Of a DNA stretch of 64,000 bases, positions 1 to 9,294 are shown piece after piece. A model generated the notes under the pieces. The model ran no database searches. It saw nothing but the letters and a program-made list of their open reading frames with translations, and was not told the origin of the DNA. A program made the translations under genes and the position numbers. Each line of letters begins with the position of its first letter. The first letter of the stretch is position 1. The stretch comes from Clostridia bacterium (GTDB lineage Bacteria; Bacillota; Clostridia; HGM11514), in the NCBI GenBank assembly GCA_045586685.1, contig JAZNAU010000038.1, positions 66,130 through 130,129 on the forward strand, read 5' to 3'.

Positions 1-38
1 AGATGCAGCAAGAAACCATATTGTGCGAAAATTTGTAA

Positions 39-67
39 AATAAAAAAGGGCAATGCCCTTTTTTATT
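39..67. terminator. Intrinsic terminator after htrA
   Basis: Inverted repeat aataaaaaagggc-aat-gcccttttttatt at the htrA stop. Confidence 0.7.
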
Positions 68-1355
68 GTTCTTGAACCGGCTTATCCTCTCCTAATTCCA
101 CTTTCAAGGTAATGGTTTCCCCGTTTCTGTTTACTTCAAATTCCAATTCGTCCCCTACCTGATACTCATCTCGAATTTCATTGATTTCTTCAATAGAACG
201 CACATCCTGACCGTTCACCTTTCGAATGACATCACCTGATTTGATTCCGCCCTTCTCAGCACCGGAGAATGGTGCCACTTCAACCACATAAACTCCTTGA
301 GGAAAACCGTACATTTTTGACATCTGCTCCGTAATTTCACGTCCTGAAAAACCGATTAAAGGACGTCCCTGCACATAACCAAATTCCATTAAATCTTCAA
401 TGACAGTTTTGGCTTCATTGACCGGAATAGCAAACCCAAGACCCTCTATCTGACTGGAGGAAATCTTTGCAGAGTTGATTCCGATAACCTCTCCATAAGC
501 GTTTACCAAGGCACCACCTGAATTACCGGGGTTGATGGCAGCGTCAGTCTGAATTAGATTCAGAGTAATCCCTTCATCTACCTCCATCGTTCTGTTCAGG
601 GCGCTGATAACTCCTTTGGTAACCGTACCCGCAAATTCAGTTCCCAAGGGGTTCCCAATAGCAATCACAGATTCTCCTGTTGCCAAATCGGAAGAATCCC
701 CTAATACAGCATAAGGATATTCTCCGTTCTCCTGTATTTTCAAAAGAGCCAAATCAGTTCTGGAATCAGAACCAATCAATTCTGCAGGATATTCTTCACC
801 GGTAGAAAAAATAATCTTTAATTCTGTTGCCCCTTCTACTACATGATTGTTGGTAATAACATACCCTTCTTCATTCATGATAATACCTGAACCGCTTCCC
901 TGCTCCACCGACTGAGAAAAGAAGGTAGTATTATTGCTGATCCCTACAACAGCAGGGCCTACCTTTGCTGCAATTTCTTCATCTGTCATTTTCACTCTCT
1001 GGTCGTTATCAATATTCACCTTTTCCGCATCATCTGTTTTTTCAACAGAATAAAAGCTGACAGCAGGTCCACCGCCAATCCCTCGATTTCCGCCGCTTAA
1101 TCCAAGAATCAGTCCGGCACCTAAAACGCTTCCTAATACCGCGCCGATTGCTACAAAGGCAACCGCACGAAAGCCACTCTCTTTTTTGGTATTTTTCACC
1201 TTTTCTCTATAAAAAGGCTGAGGGCGATAATTGTTATAAGAGGGTTGTGTATATTGTACAGGCGGTGTCACAGGTTGTTCCCGAACTGTGTTTTCCGATT
1301 TATCCCTATCATTTTCTTGGTTCCCCCATTGATATTCTCTTTTATTTTCATCCAT
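63..1355 (-). CDS. htrA: HtrA/DegP-family serine protease with TM anchor and PDZ domain
   Basis: TNNHV, DLA and GNSGG triad motifs; N-terminal TM helix; C-terminal PDZ-like region. Confidence 0.95.
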   Translation of the reverse strand: MDENKREYQWGNQENDRDKSENTVREQPVTPPVQYTQPSYNNYRPQPFYREKVKNTKKESGFRAVAFVAIGAVLGSVLGAGLILGLSGGNRGIGGGPAVSFYSVEKTDDAEKVNIDNDQRVKMTDEEIAAKVGPAVVGISNNTTFFSQSVEQGSGSGIIMNEEGYVITNNHVVEGATELKIIFSTGEEYPAELIGSDSRTDLALLKIQENGEYPYAVLGDSSDLATGESVIAIGNPLGTEFAGTVTKGVISALNRTMEVDEGITLNLIQTDAAINPGNSGGALVNAYGEVIGINSAKISSSQIEGLGFAIPVNEAKTVIEDLMEFGYVQGRPLIGFSGREITEQMSKMYGFPQGVYVVEVAPFSGAEKGGIKSGDVIRKVNGQDVRSIEEINEIRDEYQVGDELEFEVNRNGETITLKVELGEDKPVQEQ

Positions 1356-1389
1356 GGAAAATTCCTCCGTTTTCTTCTTTCTCGTCTAT

Positions 1390-1432
1390 AGTATACGTCC
1401 AATTTTTTAAAACAATGTGAACAAATTGTAAA
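1390..1432 (-). promoter_or_regulatory. htrA promoter with OmpR-family direct repeats
   Basis: Minus strand TTTACA-N5-TTCACA-N5-TTAAAA (11-bp period) upstream of -10 TATACT. Confidence 0.6.
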
Positions 1433-1440
1433 TTTTGTTA

Positions 1441-2853
1441 TTATGATTGTCTGGGCAGACAAAATGTAAATTGCGTTCCCTGTTCCGAATTACTGATCAC
1501 ACGAATAGATTGATCATGCCTTAAAAGAATGGATTTCACAATATGCAGTCCTAAACCCGTTCCGTTTTTATTGATTCCTCTGGATTGGTCTGCTTTATAA
1601 AATCGGTCAAAAATATGACTTAACATATCAGGAGGAATGACCTCTCCCGTGTTTGTGATTTCAACTTTTACCAGTGTCGATTTCTCTTTCAGACCAATAA
1701 AAATTTTACCTTTTTCTGGTGTAAATTTTACAGCATTATCCAATAAATTTGTGACAACACGCAAAATCCCGTCCCTATCGGCATGAACATTTTGTACCTC
1801 TCGGCAAAATTCCACCGAAACATCAATTTGTTTTTCTGTGATTCTCGATTCCATTCCAATCAGCACCAGCCGAATCAACTCGTTCAAATCAAAGATGCTT
1901 TTTTGCAATTCCTCTTTATTGCTCCGTTCCATGTAAAGCAAATCGTTTACCAGGCGGGTCATTCTCTTTACCTCATCCAATACAATAGAAAGATATTGTT
2001 CTTTCTTGTTTTCAGGAATGGTGCCGTCCAGCAAGCCTGCCACAAAACCCCCTATGGTCGTAAGAGGAGATCGAAGCTCGTGAGATACATTTGCCACAAA
2101 GGAACGTCTGTTTTGCTCCAACTCATCCAAGGATTTTGCCATATGATTAAAGGCAACGGAAAGTTCTCCCATTTCGTCGTCACGAAAACCTGAAATCCGA
2201 ACATCAAACTTCCCCTGTGCAAACTCTTCTGCCGCCAGCTTCATCTTTCGAATGGGCCTTGAAATTCTTTGGGAAACAAAGAAAGCAAAAGCAAAAGAAA
2301 CGGCAAGGGAAATCAGCACAGATAGTAATAATATACGAAAAACATTCATCATTAGAAAATGAATCTGGGGCATGGGTGAGGAAATAAACAGCACTCCCCC
2401 AATCTCTCCCCGAAGAACAAGGGGCAAAATAATATTCAGCCGTTTCTCCCGAAAGGTTCCGTCCAAATCGCCCCATTGCCGTACAGTTTTCCCTTCCAAA
2501 ACCCTATCCATCACACCAACAGATAGCTTTGTCCCAACCTTGGGACTTTGATTCCCTTTTGCCGCAAGCATAATCTGTCCTGAAATATCGGTAATAAAAA
2601 TAGAACTGTTCAACTGATAAGAGTAAGAATTCAAGCTTCTTTGAAATAAATCATAAGCCTCCTCGCTGTCATTCTCAAGCAAAAAAACAGTTAAATTTCT
2701 GATTTCCTGTGCATTTTGCATCAAGGACTTTTCCTCGCTCACCAGCACATATCGTCGCATCATAAGGGTAAGAGAGCTTCCCGTAATCAGAGAAAAAATC
2801 AAAATTACAAGCAAAGTACTCCAAAGTATTTTTGAAAAAATTCCTTTTGGCAT
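1441..2853 (-). CDS. Sensor histidine kinase (2 TM, HAMP, HisKA, HATPase)
   Basis: H-box SHELRSPL, N-box NLLDNAVKF, GTGLGL. Confidence 0.95.
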   Translation of the reverse strand: MPKGIFSKILWSTLLVILIFSLITGSSLTLMMRRYVLVSEEKSLMQNAQEIRNLTVFLLENDSEEAYDLFQRSLNSYSYQLNSSIFITDISGQIMLAAKGNQSPKVGTKLSVGVMDRVLEGKTVRQWGDLDGTFREKRLNIILPLVLRGEIGGVLFISSPMPQIHFLMMNVFRILLLSVLISLAVSFAFAFFVSQRISRPIRKMKLAAEEFAQGKFDVRISGFRDDEMGELSVAFNHMAKSLDELEQNRRSFVANVSHELRSPLTTIGGFVAGLLDGTIPENKKEQYLSIVLDEVKRMTRLVNDLLYMERSNKEELQKSIFDLNELIRLVLIGMESRITEKQIDVSVEFCREVQNVHADRDGILRVVTNLLDNAVKFTPEKGKIFIGLKEKSTLVKVEITNTGEVIPPDMLSHIFDRFYKADQSRGINKNGTGLGLHIVKSILLRHDQSIRVISNSEQGTQFTFCLPRQS

Positions 2854-3546
2854 TTACCGTCTCACCTCAAATTTATAACCTACACCGTAAACAGTTTTTA
2901 ACTGCCAATAAGAGGATTCTCCCAATTTTTCCCGAATCCGCTTGATGTGCACATCCACCGTACGGTCTGCACCAAAATAATCGTATCCCCATACCTGATT
3001 CAAAAGTTGGTCTCGGGTAAATACCTGATTGGGGTGTGAACTTAAAAAGAAAAGAACTTCCAGCTCTTTTGGCGGTACCTCGAGACTTTTTCCGTTTACC
3101 TTTAGCTCGTAATTGGTCATATTCACAGAAAGTCCCGGATACACAACCTCCTGATGTTCTCCGCCGCCTCCGTGATCCCCGCTGCGACGTAATACAGCTT
3201 TGATTCTGGCGACTAACTCTTTGGTTTCAAAGGGCTTGACCATATAATCATCTGCACCGAGCTCAAGTCCCAACACCTTATCAAAGGTTTCTCCCTTTGC
3301 TGTTAACATAATCACAGGAATATCACTGATTTTACGAATTTCACGGCACACAGACAACCCATCCATTTTTGGCAGCATCAAATCAAGAATCACTAACGAG
3401 GGTGGCGCAGACTGAAAAAGTTTGATTGCCTGCTCTCCGTCGTATGCCTGAACAGTCTCGTACCCTTCCTTGTCCAGATACATCCGAATCAATTCGTTGA
3501 TATTACGGTCGTCATCCACCACCAATATTTTAACGGATTCTTGCAT
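2854..3546 (-). CDS. OmpR/PhoB-family response regulator
   Basis: VVDDD, LDLMLP, KPF receiver motifs; winged-helix RTVDVHIKRIR...GVGY. Confidence 0.95.
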   Translation of the reverse strand: MQESVKILVVDDDRNINELIRMYLDKEGYETVQAYDGEQAIKLFQSAPPSLVILDLMLPKMDGLSVCREIRKISDIPVIMLTAKGETFDKVLGLELGADDYMVKPFETKELVARIKAVLRRSGDHGGGGEHQEVVYPGLSVNMTNYELKVNGKSLEVPPKELEVLFFLSSHPNQVFTRDQLLNQVWGYDYFGADRTVDVHIKRIREKLGESSYWQLKTVYGVGYKFEVRR

Positions 3547-3589
3547 AAGTACCCCTCCCGAAGAAAAAATACACTTTTATTTGTTATTT

Positions 3590-3619
3590 ATTATATCATT
3601 TTCTTCTTTGCTTTGTCAA
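3590..3619 (-). promoter_or_regulatory. sigma-A promoter of RR-HK operon
   Basis: TTGACA-18-TATAAT with TGn extension. Confidence 0.75.
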
Positions 3620-3660
3620 TCTACATATCTTTTTCTTTCAAAACATTTTATTTGTTGCAT

Positions 3661-3690
3661 AAAAAACGGGGGAGCTATCTCCCCCATTTT
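3661..3690. terminator. Intrinsic terminator downstream of capA-like gene
   Basis: gggggag-ctat-ctccccc stem with flanking A/T runs. Confidence 0.7.
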
Positions 3691-3787
3691 CAATAACACA
3701 ACAACTCCGTCCCCTTGCCTCACATAACTCCCTTAATTTACTCATATACAGTTTTCATAATATCCGTTAGTTCATTCCCCAACATAC

Positions 3788-4873
3788 TCATTCAACTTCA
3801 TTTCGATAATTTGCTGTTTTAAACAGCTCACGCAATACATCAGCATGTGCTTCACAATCAAGATAGTGCGCAAGCTTGGTATCACCCCTAGTTTCCTCAC
3901 TTGATTCTTCACTTTGATTGACTGCTGGGATATATGTACCCTTAACTCTCTCGCAGAATTCATGCCATCCGGCTTTCCATGTGCCATCTTTTAGACTTTC
4001 ATTTCGCATCGAAAAGTCTGACATTATTTTATCCTTAACCTCACCTTTTGCAAGCTCAATACCGAACTGGGTATTGACAGTAGGAATAAACTCGATTGCA
4101 TTTGATTTGGTATCATACTTTACCATAAGTGACTGACACCATAAATCGGTTGTATTGTCTGTAATGAAGTGAAAATTACCTTGACCATAAAGGATGTGTG
4201 CATCTTTATAATTTTCATAACAGCCAATACAGTGTGTATGCTGACATAAAACTACATCAGCACCATTATGAACCATTTCACGACATGCCTTTATAAGTCG
4301 AGGTGACGGATATTGACAATGCTCCTTTGCTCCATGATACAACACTATTACTCTGTCAGCTTCCGCTTTTGCTTTTCGTATATCCTCCATTGTTTCAAAC
4401 GGGTCAAACGGACGGCTTCCCATACGTTTTTCAAGTGCATATGAATATTCATGTTCACAGACAGCCACAAATGCAACCTTTTCTCCGTCCTTTTCTACAA
4501 TATAATTTTTTCTTGAATCATTATAATTTTTACCAAAACCTGTATATGCGATTCCTACTTCATCAAGCACTTTCATTGTATCTAAAGCACCCTCTTTTCC
4601 AAAATCAAAAATGTGATTATTGGAAAGACCGCAAAGGGTTGTTCCTATACTTTTAAGCACTTCTGCTGCTTCTCGACACACCTTTAAATTTGGTCCAAAT
4701 TTTTTTATGGCATTTTCCGATTCGGTAATCGCACACTCTACATTAACAAAAGTTGCATCATTACCCTCAAACAAAGGCAGAGTATCGTTAAAAAGCAAAT
4801 TCATATCTTTTGCTTTGATAACACTCATATTTTTTTCTTTCGCACAAAAATCACCAAGTAATAATGTTTTCAT
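3788..4873 (-). CDS. CapA/PgsA-family metallophosphoesterase-fold protein
   Basis: GD, NVE, LSNNHIFDFG, HG and QHTH motifs typical of the CapA family. Confidence 0.8.
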   Translation of the reverse strand: MKTLLLGDFCAKEKNMSVIKAKDMNLLFNDTLPLFEGNDATFVNVECAITESENAIKKFGPNLKVCREAAEVLKSIGTTLCGLSNNHIFDFGKEGALDTMKVLDEVGIAYTGFGKNYNDSRKNYIVEKDGEKVAFVAVCEHEYSYALEKRMGSRPFDPFETMEDIRKAKAEADRVIVLYHGAKEHCQYPSPRLIKACREMVHNGADVVLCQHTHCIGCYENYKDAHILYGQGNFHFITDNTTDLWCQSLMVKYDTKSNAIEFIPTVNTQFGIELAKGEVKDKIMSDFSMRNESLKDGTWKAGWHEFCERVKGTYIPAVNQSEESSEETRGDTKLAHYLDCEAHADVLRELFKTANYRNEVE

Positions 4874-4997
4874 TTTATCTCTCCTCCTCTAAATGAAGCT
4901 AGCCTTTAACAAAGTTACACGCCTATTTACTCTTGACAGTATTTTTCGTTTATTGTATCACATTTTCCTTTATTTTGTCAAGCCTCATATCTTTTTC

Positions 4998-5026
4998 TTG
5001 CAAAATTTTTTATTTTGTTGTATAAT
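4998..5026 (+). promoter_or_regulatory. sigma-A promoter of ychF
   Basis: TTGCAA-17-TATAAT. Confidence 0.7.
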
Positions 5027-5064
5027 AGAGTTAATACATATATTAAGTTAGGAATGAGACAAAT

Positions 5065-6165
5065 ATGAAATTAGGTATCGTAGGACTTCCCAATGTAGGA
5101 AAAAGCACGTTGTTTAACGCAATCACAAAGGCAGGTGCAGAATCTGCAAACTATCCTTTTTGTACCATTGAACCCAATGTAGGTGTTGTTGACGTGCCGG
5201 ACGAACGATTAGGCGTTCTCGCAGAAATGTACAACCCCGAAAAGTTGACTCCTGCCATCGTTGAATTTGTTGACATTGCAGGATTGGTAAAAGGTGCAAG
5301 CCGTGGAGAGGGGTTGGGAAATAAATTTTTATCCCATATCCGTGAGGTAGATGCAATCGTTCATGTAGTACGTTGCTTTGAGGATGCTAACATTGTGCAC
5401 GTAGAAGGCTCCATTGACCCTCTGCGTGATATTGAAACCATTACACTGGAACTGGTTTTTGCGGATTTGGAAAGTGTGGACAAGCGGTTGGAGCGCAGTG
5501 CAAAGCTAATTAAAACAGGAAATAAAATGTACGTTGAACTGGTTGAAGTACTGAAAAAACTAAAGGCTGTTTTGGATGAAGGAAAGCCTGCTTCTTCTGC
5601 AGGTCTTTCAGAAGAAGAGGAAAAGCTGATTTCCGATATGCCTCTTCTTACACAGAAAAAGGTACTGTATGCCGCCAATGTATCTGATACAGATTTTGCA
5701 CAAGGTATTGAACAGAACAAATATGTGAATATGGTAAAAGAATATGCAAAAGATCAAGGAGCAGAAGTGCTTCCTATCTGTGCAAGCATGGAATGTGAAA
5801 TTGCTGAACTTGACAGTCAGGAAGAAAAACTGATGTTTTTACAGGATATGGGTCTGGAAGAATCCGGCCTTGACCGTTTGGTGAAAAAAGGATATTCTCT
5901 GTTAGGACTAATCAGTTATCTGACTGCCGGCCCTAAAGAGGTTCGTGCATGGACCATTCCCAACGGCACCAAAGCACCTCAGGCTGCAGGGAAAATCCAT
6001 ACAGACTTTGAAAAGGGCTTTATCCGTGCAGAAGTTGTAGCCTACGATGATTTAATCGCCTGCGGCAGCTATAATGCCGCCAAAGAAAAGGGGCTGGTTC
6101 GTTCCGAAGGAAAAGAATATGTGTTCTGCGATGGAGATGTTGTGCTGTTTCGTTTTAATGTATAA
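5065..6165 (+). CDS. ychF: Ribosome-binding ATPase YchF
   Basis: GLPNVGKST, NYPFCTI, DIAGLV, TGS-type C-terminus DGDVVLFRFNV. Confidence 0.97.
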   Translation: MKLGIVGLPNVGKSTLFNAITKAGAESANYPFCTIEPNVGVVDVPDERLGVLAEMYNPEKLTPAIVEFVDIAGLVKGASRGEGLGNKFLSHIREVDAIVHVVRCFEDANIVHVEGSIDPLRDIETITLELVFADLESVDKRLERSAKLIKTGNKMYVELVEVLKKLKAVLDEGKPASSAGLSEEEEKLISDMPLLTQKKVLYAANVSDTDFAQGIEQNKYVNMVKEYAKDQGAEVLPICASMECEIAELDSQEEKLMFLQDMGLEESGLDRLVKKGYSLLGLISYLTAGPKEVRAWTIPNGTKAPQAAGKIHTDFEKGFIRAEVVAYDDLIACGSYNAAKEKGLVRSEGKEYVFCDGDVVLFRFNV

Positions 6166-6227
6166 TGCAATATTACTAATTTTTTCAAATCTTTATTGGT
6201 TATTTTTAATAAAATGAAAAAAATCTC

Positions 6228-6256
6228 TTTACAAATCTGAAAAAAACTGGTATAAT
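6228..6256 (+). promoter_or_regulatory. sigma-A promoter of the 56-aa small ORF
   Basis: TTTACA-17-TATAAT with TGn extension. Confidence 0.75.
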
Positions 6257-6335
6257 AAAATGTGAAGTAAAATAGATTACCGTTCATTCTGTCGCAAGAC
6301 AAAAAACGGAATAATCTCATAAGGAGGGTTTCGGT

Positions 6336-6506
6336 ATGAAAACTTATACCAAACCGTCAATGACGATTGCAAAGTTTGGCTCTAAGGAGGACATTGCTAC
6401 TGGCTCTGTTTACGGACTTCAAGCACAGTTCGTGGAAACAGAAAACAGTCCCGAATTCGGTACTATCTCTGTTTTCGAAATTACAAGCCTTGGTGCTAAC
6501 AGCTAA
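6336..6506 (+). CDS. Small 56-aa protein with RiPP-leader-like N-terminus (not in ORF track)
   Basis: Hand translation MKTYTKPSMTIAKFGSKEDIATGSVYGLQAQFVETENSPEFGTISVFEITSLGANS*; RBS AAGGAGG at 6321-6327; own promoter and terminator. Confidence 0.8.
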   Translation: MKTYTKPSMTIAKFGSKEDIATGSVYGLQAQFVETENSPEFGTISVFEITSLGANS

Positions 6507-6530
6507 GAACAAACAAAACATGACGTCATT

Positions 6531-6564
6531 TAACAAAAGCAACCCATTTGGGTTGCTTTTGTTA
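6531..6564. terminator. Bidirectional terminator between small ORF and mutY
   Basis: Perfect inverted repeat taacaaaagcaaccc-attt-gggttgcttttgtta. Confidence 0.85.
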
Positions 6565-6566
6565 CG

Positions 6567-7610
6567 TTATTTAAAATACTCTTCCAAAATTTCATTGTAA
6601 GCTGAAAATGCTGAAGGAATCGCACATCGCTCTACCACCTGAGACCAATTCATCCAGACAAAATCTCCCCAAGGCTTTGACACTTGAACAAGATAGCCTT
6701 TCATATCCCATTCAATATGAGTAAAAATATGCTTTGCCCCTCCCACTGACTTCATTTTCTCTATCTGTGCTCCTTGCTCGGTGAGAAGATTGTGACATTG
6801 GGTCATGGTGAGCCTTTCTTCCATCCAAGGATACTCCCACATTTTTGCAAGAAGTCCTTTCTCTCCCCGTTTTCGAACTGCAACTTTCTGCTCACACACC
6901 ATTAGCAACACCGTTTTTTCTTCTTTTTTCCGTTTTTGCTTTTTTTCTTTGACGGGGAGCTCGTTTTGAATTCCTTTTTTGTAAGCCTGACATATTTTAT
7001 TCACAGGACATTCATCACATTTGGGTTGTCCGTTAGGCAGACAAACCATAGCACCAAGCTCCATCAATGCCTGATTAAAATCCCCCACTCTTTTGGGCAG
7101 AATCTCTTTAATTTCTATTCCCATTCCTTTCATAACAGCAGGACTGCTGATGTTATCAAAGCTTGCCTTGATTCTAGAAATCACACGAAGCACATTTCCG
7201 TCCACTGCAGGAACAGGTTGGTTATAGGCAATAGAAGAAATTGCCCCTGCGCTGTATACACCGATTCCGGGAAGTTCAAGGAGTTTTTCATATTCTTTAG
7301 GTAAAATACCGTCATACTGCTCCATAACGATCCGTGCCGCTTTTTGCATATTTCGTACACGATTATAATATCCTAAACCCTCCCACAGTTTTAACAAAAC
7401 ATCCTCCTCCGCCTCTGCCAAGGCTTGAATGGTAGGTAATGTATCTAAAAATCTATCATAATAAGGTTTTGCTGTCTTCACTCTCGTTTGTTGCAGCATA
7501 ATTTCAGACAGCCAAACCCGATAAGGCGACGGGTCATCACGCCATGCAAGCACACGGGCATTCCGGTCGTACCATGCAAGCAAGGGATCAACAATACGAA
7601 TTAACTCCAT
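6567..7610 (-). CDS. mutY: A/G-specific adenine glycosylase
   Basis: SEIMLQQT, HhH LPGIG, VDGNV, Fe-S cysteines, C-terminal NUDIX-like HIFTH. Confidence 0.95.
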   Translation of the reverse strand: MELIRIVDPLLAWYDRNARVLAWRDDPSPYRVWLSEIMLQQTRVKTAKPYYDRFLDTLPTIQALAEAEEDVLLKLWEGLGYYNRVRNMQKAARIVMEQYDGILPKEYEKLLELPGIGVYSAGAISSIAYNQPVPAVDGNVLRVISRIKASFDNISSPAVMKGMGIEIKEILPKRVGDFNQALMELGAMVCLPNGQPKCDECPVNKICQAYKKGIQNELPVKEKKQKRKKEEKTVLLMVCEQKVAVRKRGEKGLLAKMWEYPWMEERLTMTQCHNLLTEQGAQIEKMKSVGGAKHIFTHIEWDMKGYLVQVSKPWGDFVWMNWSQVVERCAIPSAFSAYNEILEEYFK

Positions 7611-7634
7611 CCTTTTTCCTCCTCTCTAATTATT

Positions 7635-7663
7635 ATTATAACACAAAACGCTCCCACATTCAA
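7635..7663 (-). promoter_or_regulatory. sigma-A promoter of mutY
   Basis: TTGAAT-17-TATAAT. Confidence 0.65.
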
Positions 7664-7764
7664 GGTGTTTTACCGATTCCAAAACGGAATATTAAGGAAT
7701 TAACATAAAAAAAGAACTGTAACAAAATGAAATCTTTTTGCCACAGTTCCTTATTTTGTTTTCA

Positions 7765-8511
7765 TTATAATACACTGTTTAAAAATTGCCGTGTTCTGGA
7801 ATCCTGAGGATGTTCAAAAATATTTTCCGGTGCTCCTTCCTCTACAATATTCCCGTCACACATAAACAAAACTCTATTTGCGACTTCACGGGCAAATCCC
7901 ATTTCATGGGTTACAACCACCATGGTCATTCCCTCTTGGGCAAGCTGTTTCATAACTGCCAATACCTCTCCCACCATTTCGGGGTCCAAAGCTGAGGTGG
8001 GTTCATCAAACAACATAACATTCGGATTCATGCAAAGAGCACGCACAATAGCAACTCTCTGTTTCTGTCCGCCTGACAACTGAGAAGGATAAGCACCGCT
8101 TCTATCTGCCAAACCAACCCGTTCCAACAACTCCATTGCTTTTTTTTCTGCATCCTCACGGGGCATTTTCAAAAGTTTCATGGGAGCTAAGGTCATGTTA
8201 CGCAACACTGTCATGTGTGGAAACAAATTAAATTGCTGAAAAACCATTCCCATCTTCTGGCGGTGTTCATTGATATTGACTTTCGGGTCTGTAATATCCG
8301 TTCCTTCAAAAAATACCTTTCCCTCAGACGCAGTCTCCAAAAGATTCAAAGAACGCAAAAAAGTTGATTTTCCGGAACCGGAAGGTCCGATTACAACCAC
8401 AACTTCCCCCTTTTTAATTTCAGCATCCACATGATCTAATGCTTTAATTTCGTTATTTTTTCCGTAATATCTGCAAAGGCCTTCTGTTTTGATAATCACA
8501 TTATCGTTCAC
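7765..8511 (-). CDS. Polar amino-acid ABC transporter ATPase (GlnQ-like)
   Basis: [30 protein letters not shown]. Confidence 0.95.
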   Translation of the reverse strand: MNDNVIIKTEGLCRYYGKNNEIKALDHVDAEIKKGEVVVVIGPSGSGKSTFLRSLNLLETASEGKVFFEGTDITDPKVNINEHRQKMGMVFQQFNLFPHMTVLRNMTLAPMKLLKMPREDAEKKAMELLERVGLADRSGAYPSQLSGGQKQRVAIVRALCMNPNVMLFDEPTSALDPEMVGEVLAVMKQLAQEGMTMVVVTHEMGFAREVANRVLFMCDGNIVEEGAPENIFEHPQDSRTRQFLNSVL

Positions 8512-9229
8512 TCTTTCTCAGCCTCCTTTCAAGCACATCAACCAACCATGTAAAGAACATTACCATTACAAGGTAGATGGCTGCAATGGCAAGCAAAGGC
8601 CAAAAACTCTGATAAGTAATTCCTCTTATAATATTTGCACCTCTGGTCAGGTCCGTAACGCCTACATAACCGGCAATCGCAGTTTCCTTCAAAAGAACGA
8701 TAAATTCATTTGCCAATGCAGGGAGAATGTTTTTAAAGGTTTGAGGCAATACAATATACCACATTGTCATCATATAGTTAAATCCAAGAGAACGTCCCGC
8801 CTCTGTTTGCCCTATATCAATGCTCATAATACCGCCTCTGATAATCTCCGCTACATATGCACCTGAGTTAATACCAAAGGCAATGATACCGCAAAGCATT
8901 TTATTATCAGAACTTGCCATGATAATAAAAAATATAATCAAAATTTGAACCATTGCAGGTGTTCCTCTAATAATGGTAAGATACACCCTACTGATGCCAT
9001 TTCCTATGGCTAAAAGAAACTTTGTAACAGAAGGCACCATCTCTTTAAACTGCTTGTCGTATGTGGTTCTGATTGCTGCAACAACCACGCCTAACACAAC
9101 GCCTAATATCAAAGCAAAAAAAGTAAGAATCAGTGTATTTTGAATTCCTTCTAACAGATATTTCCACCTGTTATCGACAATGAAAGCAGTTTCAAAATCT
9201 CTACCCAATTTTAAAATCCATTCAGGCAT
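8501..9229 (-). CDS. Polar amino-acid ABC transporter permease
   Basis: [24 protein letters not shown] (EAA loop). Confidence 0.93.
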   Translation of the reverse strand: MPEWILKLGRDFETAFIVDNRWKYLLEGIQNTLILTFFALILGVVLGVVVAAIRTTYDKQFKEMVPSVTKFLLAIGNGISRVYLTIIRGTPAMVQILIIFFIIMASSDNKMLCGIIAFGINSGAYVAEIIRGGIMSIDIGQTEAGRSLGFNYMMTMWYIVLPQTFKNILPALANEFIVLLKETAIAGYVGVTDLTRGANIIRGITYQSFWPLLAIAAIYLVMVMFFTWLVDVLERRLRKSER

Positions 9230-9258
9230 CTTATGAATATTCCTTTCTAAGCATAATG

Positions 9259-9283
9259 AAAGGGCTGTGAGATACAGCCCTTT
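9259..9283 (-). other. Intercistronic stem-loop after the SBP gene
   Basis: aaagggctgt-gagat-acagcccttt perfect 10-bp stem. Confidence 0.6.
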
Positions 9284-9294
9284 GATAAGTAAAA

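Noticed and set aside
3691-3787. Possible gene remnant or REP-like sequence after the capA-like gene
   Set aside because: Too short, single copy in the window, no recognisable homology
6336-6506. Calling the small peptide a canonical lasso or ranthipeptide precursor
   Set aside because: With Thr22 as -2 there is no Asp/Glu at core positions 7-9, there is no Cys, and no cyclase or radical SAM gene is adjacent
6357-6600. Track ORFs 6367-6600 (+) and 6357-6542 (-)
   Set aside because: They lack an RBS and overlap the terminator hairpin; the 6336-6506 frame has the promoter, RBS and terminator
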